A DNA stretch of 64,000 nt from Parabacteroides sp. (lineage in GTDB: Bacteria; Bacteroidota; Bacteroidia; Bacteroidales; Tannerellaceae): NCBI GenBank assembly GCA_017937385.1, contig JAGBDR010000009.1:107721-171720 (forward strand), read 5' to 3'. A program made the translations under genes and the position numbers. The notes beneath the pieces were generated by a model that saw only the letters and a program-made list of their open reading frames with translations, was not told where the DNA came from and did no database searches. Positions 58,629 through 64,000 of this stretch are shown in pieces; the stretch's first letter is position 1, and each line of letters begins with the position of its first letter.

Positions 58629-58708
58629 CATGCCTATGAACGGTCTATTCCATGCCCATGAAACGAAAGTTCCATGCCTATGGAACGAAAATCCCATGCC
58701 CATGGAAC
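58629..58708. repeat. 22-bp-period CATGCC(C/T)ATG array (4 copies)
   Basis: Cores at 58629, 58651, 58673, 58695. Confidence 0.88.
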
Positions 58709-58766
58709 TTTATTTTGCAGACTATTGGAAATCTCCTACATTTGCATTCTAAATCAGAAACAAAAT

Positions 58767-59447
58767 ATGATGCGCATAGACATACTGACCGTACTTCCCG
58801 AAATGATCGAAGGGATGGTAAACTGCTCCATTGTGAAACGGGCACAAGACAAAGGCTTGGCTGAAATACATCTACATAACCTGCGGGACTACACGACCAA
58901 CAAATGGCGGCGTGTAGACGATTATCCATTCGGAGGAGAAGCCGGCATGGTCATGCAGATCGAGCCCATCGACCGGGCCATCTCTGCATTGAAAAGCGAA
59001 AGGGATTATGATGAAGTCATTTATACATCGCCGGACGGGGAAACGTTCAACCAGCCGATGGCAAACAGTATGTCGATGCTGGACAACCTGATTATCCTTT
59101 GCGGACATTACAAAGGAATCGACTACCGCATCCGCGAACATCTGATAACAAAGGAAATATCTGTCGGCGACTATGTCCTGACAGGCGGCGAACTGGCTGC
59201 CGCCATCATCACGGATGCCGTCGTGCGCCTGATTCCCGGAGCAATCGGCGACGAACAAAGCGCCCTCTCCGATTCGTTCCAGGATAACCTGCTGGCTCCT
59301 CCGGTCTATACCCGGCCGGCCGACTACAACGGCTGGAAAGTGCCCGATGTCCTCCTGTCCGGGCACCAGCGGAAAATCGAAGAATGGCGCCTGCAACAGG
59401 CACAGGAACGGACAGCCCGCCTGCGCCCCGATTTATTGAACATCTAA
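58767..59447 (+). CDS. trmD: tRNA (guanine-N1)-methyltransferase
   Basis: [42 protein letters not shown](H) motifs. Confidence 0.96.
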   Translation: MMRIDILTVLPEMIEGMVNCSIVKRAQDKGLAEIHLHNLRDYTTNKWRRVDDYPFGGEAGMVMQIEPIDRAISALKSERDYDEVIYTSPDGETFNQPMANSMSMLDNLIILCGHYKGIDYRIREHLITKEISVGDYVLTGGELAAAIITDAVVRLIPGAIGDEQSALSDSFQDNLLAPPVYTRPADYNGWKVPDVLLSGHQRKIEEWRLQQAQERTARLRPDLLNI

Positions 59448-59457
59448 AATTAATAAC

Positions 59458-62064
59458 ATGAAAATGAAACATCTGACGGTAGCTGCATTGACCTTATTAT
59501 TGTCTGTTTCTTGCAGCCAGAAACAAGAAGATTATCCGTTTCGGAACCCCGATCTCCCGATCGACGAACGTATAGACGACCTCTTGAAGCGCCTGACCGC
59601 CGAAGAGAAAATCGGACAAATGATGAACACGACTCCGGCCATCGAACGCCTCGGCATTCCCGAATATGACTGGTGGAACGAAGCCCTGCATGGAGTCGCA
59701 CGTGCCGGAAAAGCGACTGTTTTCCCGCAAGCGATCGCAATGGCGGCAACGTTCGATGAAGAAGCCTTGCACAAGACATTCACGATGGTGAGCGACGAAG
59801 CCCGCGCCAAATACCATCAGTATCAAAAAGACAAAGAATACGACCGCTACAAAGGATTGACCTTCTGGACCCCGAATATCAACATTTTCCGTGATCCCCG
59901 TTGGGGCCGCGGCATGGAAACATACGGAGAAGACCCGTATCTGACGGAACGGATGGGCGTTGCCGTCGTGAAAGGGTTGCAGGGGGATAATCCGAAATAC
60001 TTCAAGACACACGCTTGCGCCAAGCATTATGCGGTCCATAGCGGTCCGGAATGGAACCGGCATGAGTTTGATGTTGCCGTGACGCCTCGCGACTTATGGC
60101 AAACGTACCTGCCGGCATTCGAGACTTTGGTAAAGGAAGGCAACGTACAGGAAGTCATGTGCGCCTACAACCGCTATCAAGGCAAACCCTGTTGCAGTAG
60201 CGACAGATTGCTCATCGACATCCTTCGGAACAGTTGGGGATATGACAACATCATCCTTTCAGACTGCGGCGCGATCAACGATTTCTGGGAACGGGACAAA
60301 CGTACGCCCCGCCACGAAACACATCCCGATGCGGAAAGCGCTTCTGCCGATGCCGTCCTGAGCGGAACGGATTTGGAATGCGGAAACAGTTACCGGTCTT
60401 TGGTCAAAGCCTTGAAAGACGGTAAAATAACCGAAAAAGACCTGGATGTTTCCCTCCGTCGCTTGCTGAAAGGGCGCTTTGAGTTGGGTATGTTCGATCC
60501 GGACGAACGGGTTCCATACGCCCAAATCCCGTACAGCGTGGTGGAAAGCCCCGAACATGTGGCACAGGCGCTTGAAATGGCGCACAAGAGCATGGTGTTG
60601 CTGAAGAACAAGAACAACACGCTGCCGTTAAGCAAATCGATCCGGAAAATCGCGGTTGTCGGCCCGAATGCCGCCGACTCGACCATGTTGTGGGCGAACT
60701 ACAACGGTTTCCCGACACATACCGTAACGATCTTGGAGGGTATCCGCAACAAAGTGCCCGACGCAGAAGTCATCTACGAATTGGGATGCAACCACGCCGC
60801 CGACTTTGTCATCCAGGACTTGGGTAGCCACATCACCTCTCCTGCCGGACAAGGATTCGCCTCCGAATTTTTCAACAATACGGAATTCAAAGGGGAAGCC
60901 GTCTACAAAGGTCTGGCAAGCCAACTGCATTATACGACCGGTGGAAACACTCAGTTCGCGCCGAATGTAAACCTGACGAATTTCACGGCCCGCTTCACCG
61001 GCGAGTTTGAAGCGCCCGAAACGGAACAGGTCGAAATCAAACTGTCCGGCAACGACGCTTTCCGCCTCTTCATCGGAGATGAAAAAGTGGCCGAGGTATG
61101 GGAAAACAAATACGGAGCGGAAAAGAGCTATATGCTGAATGCGGAAAAGGGAAAGAAATATCCGATCAAGATCGAATATATGCAACGCACAGGCAGCGCC
61201 GACCTCAACTTCCTGATCGGTACGCGGCGGCCGGTCGACTATGCCGCTACAGCCGCCAAAGTCAAAGATGCGGATGTGATCGTCTATGTCGGAGGTATTT
61301 CGCCTCGCTTGGAAGGGGAAGAAATGCCGGTCAATGTGGAAGGTTTCAAGAAAGGAGACCGCACCCATATCGAAATCCCCCAAGTGCAGCAAGAGATGGT
61401 AAAGGCATTGAAAGCGACAGGCAAACCGGTCGTTTACGTGCTTTGTACGGGTAGCGCCTTGGCTTTGAACTGGGAAGAGGCCAACCTCGATGCCATCCTG
61501 AATGCCTGGTATGGCGGACAGGAAGCCGGAACAGCGGTTGCCGACATCCTGTTTGGCGACTACAACCCGGCGGGCCGTCTGCCGATCACCTTCTATAAAT
61601 CGGTCGACCAGTTGCCGGACTTCGAAGATTACAGCATGAAAGGCCGGACCTACCGCTATATGACCGAAACGCCGCTTTACCCGTTCGGTTACGGTTTGAG
61701 CTACACAGACTTTGCCTATCGGGACGCAAAGTTGTCTTCTGGCAAGATTGCCAAAGACCAGTCCGTCACACTGTCATTCGACATCGCCAACACCGGCAAA
61801 ATGGATGGTGACGAAGTCGCACAAGTCTACATCCAAAACCCGAACGATCCGGCAGGACCGATCAAGGCGCTGAAAGCCTTCAAACGTGTCCACGTAAAAG
61901 CCGGCGACAGCCAGAAAGTCAACATCGAACTGGCTCCCGAAGCCTTCCACTCCTTCAACGACAACACCCAGACCATGGAAGTCCGCCCCGGAAAGTACCA
62001 AATACTCTACGGCGGTTCATCCAGTGACAAGGCGTTACAGAAATTGGAGTTGACAATCGAATAA
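59458..62064 (+). CDS. GH3 beta-glucosidase/xylosidase lipoprotein with PA14 and Fn3-like domains
   Basis: Lipobox SVSC, WWNEALHGV, WTPNINIFRDPRWGRG.ETYGEDP, KHYAVH, SDCGA nucleophile, LPITFY. Confidence 0.93.
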   Translation: MKMKHLTVAALTLLLSVSCSQKQEDYPFRNPDLPIDERIDDLLKRLTAEEKIGQMMNTTPAIERLGIPEYDWWNEALHGVARAGKATVFPQAIAMAATFDEEALHKTFTMVSDEARAKYHQYQKDKEYDRYKGLTFWTPNINIFRDPRWGRGMETYGEDPYLTERMGVAVVKGLQGDNPKYFKTHACAKHYAVHSGPEWNRHEFDVAVTPRDLWQTYLPAFETLVKEGNVQEVMCAYNRYQGKPCCSSDRLLIDILRNSWGYDNIILSDCGAINDFWERDKRTPRHETHPDAESASADAVLSGTDLECGNSYRSLVKALKDGKITEKDLDVSLRRLLKGRFELGMFDPDERVPYAQIPYSVVESPEHVAQALEMAHKSMVLLKNKNNTLPLSKSIRKIAVVGPNAADSTMLWANYNGFPTHTVTILEGIRNKVPDAEVIYELGCNHAADFVIQDLGSHITSPAGQGFASEFFNNTEFKGEAVYKGLASQLHYTTGGNTQFAPNVNLTNFTARFTGEFEAPETEQVEIKLSGNDAFRLFIGDEKVAEVWENKYGAEKSYMLNAEKGKKYPIKIEYMQRTGSADLNFLIGTRRPVDYAATAAKVKDADVIVYVGGISPRLEGEEMPVNVEGFKKGDRTHIEIPQVQQEMVKALKATGKPVVYVLCTGSALALNWEEANLDAILNAWYGGQEAGTAVADILFGDYNPAGRLPITFYKSVDQLPDFEDYSMKGRTYRYMTETPLYPFGYGLSYTDFAYRDAKLSSGKIAKDQSVTLSFDIANTGKMDGDEVAQVYIQNPNDPAGPIKALKAFKRVHVKAGDSQKVNIELAPEAFHSFNDNTQTMEVRPGKYQILYGGSSSDKALQKLELTIE

Positions 62065-62069
62065 AAAAC

Positions 62070-62117
62070 AAATGCCGCAGACCTCCGGATCATCCGGAAA
62101 AAGCCTGCGGCATTTTA
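62070..62117. terminator. Bidirectional terminator
   Basis: AAATGCCGCAG...CTGCGGCATTT. Confidence 0.75.
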
Positions 62118-62133
62118 TGTCACATAGGTTTTT

Positions 62134-63108
62134 CTATCCGATATACGTTTCCATGAACTTGGCGCCTGGAACCGGTGAGATCGTCACGATATCCGTATCG
62201 GCCGGGATCAGGACGGTTTGTCCTTGGTGGATATACATTTCATTGCCTTTGTTGTCGCGGATAGAGGCTTTTCCTTCCATACAGATATAGACGACAAAAG
62301 AATCCAGTTCGGAGAAATCGCGAACCATGATCGTATCGATATCCAGCAAATTGGTGGTAAAATACTTGCATGCGGCCAGTTCTACCGTCGCGTTCGTATG
62401 CGCTTTGTAATGCGTGCGGTAGTCCGGATACAACGTATAATCGATCGCATCCTTTGCCAGTTCGGTGTGCAACTCACGCCCTTTGCCGTCCGGTCCTTTA
62501 CGGTCGTAATCATATATACGGTAGGTGATGTTGCTCGTCTGTTGAATTTCAGCAATGAAACAACCGGCACCGATGGCATGTACGCGGCCGGCAGGAAGAA
62601 AGAAGACATCGCCCGGGTTCACCTCGTAACGCTGCAACACGTCCATGATCGTATTGTTCTCAACCCGTTTCACATACTCATCCGCATCGATCTGTGTTGA
62701 AAAGCCGGAATACAAACCAGCCCCTTTGGCAGCCTTGATCACATACCACATTTCCGTCTTGCCGAAAGAATTGTGGCGTTTCTTAGCCAATTCATCATCC
62801 GGATGAACCTGGATAGACAAATCATCACGCGCATCGATAAACTTGATCAGCAAAGGGAATGTGGAGCCGAACTGTTCGACCACTTTTTCTCCAAGCAATT
62901 GCTTGCCATACGTGCGGATCAGTTCGTCCAGCGTTTTGCCTTCAAGAGCGCCATTATCTACAACGGAATAATTTCCTTCCACATGTGAAAGTTCCCAACT
63001 TTCACCGATACCATTCTGCACCGGAGCAATTCCCTTGAACGGGCAGATGTCAGAGCCTCCCCAGATAATATTCTTGAGGATAGGCTTAAATGTCATTGGA
63101 TATAACAT
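62134..63108 (-). CDS. manA: Type I mannose-6-phosphate isomerase
   Basis: WGG, IGESWE, FPLLIKFIDA..DLSIQVHP, KTEMWY, PAG.VHAIG, EIQQTSNITYR.YDY; true start MLYP at 63108. Confidence 0.9.
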   Translation of the reverse strand: MLYPMTFKPILKNIIWGGSDICPFKGIAPVQNGIGESWELSHVEGNYSVVDNGALEGKTLDELIRTYGKQLLGEKVVEQFGSTFPLLIKFIDARDDLSIQVHPDDELAKKRHNSFGKTEMWYVIKAAKGAGLYSGFSTQIDADEYVKRVENNTIMDVLQRYEVNPGDVFFLPAGRVHAIGAGCFIAEIQQTSNITYRIYDYDRKGPDGKGRELHTELAKDAIDYTLYPDYRTHYKAHTNATVELAACKYFTTNLLDIDTIMVRDFSELDSFVVYICMEGKASIRDNKGNEMYIHQGQTVLIPADTDIVTISPVPGAKFMETYIG

Positions 63109-63111
63109 GGT

Positions 63112-63232
63112 GATTGACAATTTATGATTTATGATTTGTGATTTATGATTTGTAATTTGTGATTTTGTGTTCAGCCTGTCACGCCGGATTTGATCCGGCA
63201 TCCCATAAATCATAAATCACAAATCATAAATC
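63112..63232. repeat. Heptamer hairpin (GATTT(A/G)T / A(T/C)AAATC) with a nested REP-like palindrome in the loop
   Basis: Left units 63119-63167, right units 63205-63232; loop contains GCCGGAT-TTG-ATCCGGC. Confidence 0.9.
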
Positions 63233-63235
63233 CTT

Positions 63236-64000
63236 TCATTTTTTCTTTACCTTCCGGAGCACGACTGCGCTACGTGCCGGAATATATAACTTGAGCCATT
63301 CTTTTCTCGCCTTTTTATACAAAGGATCGAATAGCGTAAAATGATGAATGGAATCATCGGCAAGCCCGAAACCGCCGAAGCGGGTGGCATCGGTGTTCAG
63401 CACTACTTCATATTCACCTTTAGGCACAAGGAAACCGTAATCGGTAAACGACTGGGCCGGATTGAAATTGAATACGAACACCAAGTCCTTTCGCATATAA
63501 GCCAATATCTGGTCTCCATCGTTATCCCAGACTTTCTGCATCGGAGTGGCCTGGAAGTTCTTCACGCTACGGATCAATTCCAGCATTTCACGATCGAAAT
63601 CGCCTAAGAAATGATATTTCAAGTCCATATTATCGACCAAATTCCATTGGCGACGGGCGTACTTATGCGACCAGCCGTTCCCTTCACGCGGAAAATCGAT
63701 CCACTCCGGATGGCCGAACTCATTCCCCATAAAATTCAGATACCCGCCGTTGATAGTGGAAGCCGTAACAAGACGGATCATCTTATGCAAAGCCATACCG
63801 CGCTCCACCATAAAATTGTGATCGTCTTTCTGCATGTGCCAGTACATATCGGCATCGATCAGGCGGAAGATAATCGTCTTGTCACCCACCAACGCCTGAT
63901 CATGGCTTTCCGCATAACTGATTGTCTTTTCATCGTCACGGCGGTTCGTCGTTTCCCACCAGATGGAAGAGGGATGCCAGTCTTCGTCTTTCCTTTCCTT
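63236..64000 (-). CDS. glgB: 1,4-alpha-glucan branching enzyme, 3' part (runs off window end)
   Basis: YAESHDQALVGDKT, YLNFMGNEFGHPEWIDFPREGN, FNF, LYIPARSAVV. Confidence 0.95.
   Translation of the reverse strand, partial: KERKDEDWHPSSIWWETTNRRDDEKTISYAESHDQALVGDKTIIFRLIDADMYWHMQKDDHNFMVERGMALHKMIRLVTASTINGGYLNFMGNEFGHPEWIDFPREGNGWSHKYARRQWNLVDNMDLKYHFLGDFDREMLELIRSVKNFQATPMQKVWDNDGDQILAYMRKDLVFVFNFNPAQSFTDYGFLVPKGEYEVVLNTDATRFGGFGLADDSIHHFTLFDPLYKKARKEWLKLYIPARSAVVLRKVKKK

Noticed and set aside
58674-58766. N-terminal extension of TrmD
   Set aside because: Reads through the 22-bp array and a TACATTTG promoter box
63109-63213. N-terminal extension of ManA (KSQITNHKSQIINHK)
   Set aside because: Translation of the heptamer arms; the conserved start is MLYP at 63108

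Overview
A 64-kb chromosomal window from a gut Bacteroidales bacterium; the gene set and TAnnTTTG promoters suggest Parabacteroides (inference). Core genes: galK (partial), an L-arabinose cluster (araR-araD-araA-araB-tkt-rpiB-sodium:solute symporter), an AddB-like nuclease, an aldo-keto reductase, gltB-gltD-asnB, pheS-crcB-nth, tsaD, tamB, an AspT/YidE transporter, a cyclophilin, yebC, pheT, trmD, a GH3 glycosidase, mannose-6-P isomerase and glgB (partial). An accessory island at about 34.3-49.9 kb holds a tyrosine recombinase, then a 425-bp segment bounded by a perfect 19-bp inverted repeat whose only perfect -7 box points away from the downstream operon (predicted invertible promoter, OFF here). 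Downstream are a five-HTH-repeat protein, DUF3575, DUF3868, an HU-like gene and a type V pilus (Mfa/Fim-like) operon ending in a 2041-aa probable T9SS cargo. A low-GC cassette runs from inside the third pilin to just before that cargo's CTD. The window also carries several unexplained short-period palindromic repeat families. Hairpins of 7-bp and 8-bp units sit at gene junctions, donate stop codons, and occur in frame inside the AddB-like gene. There are also 22-bp-phased CATGCCCATG arrays, two 23-bp-phased arrays, REP-like palindromes and a promoter-to-terminator sRNA-like unit. No tRNA, rRNA or CRISPR array was found. All family assignments come from motif recognition, not database searches.
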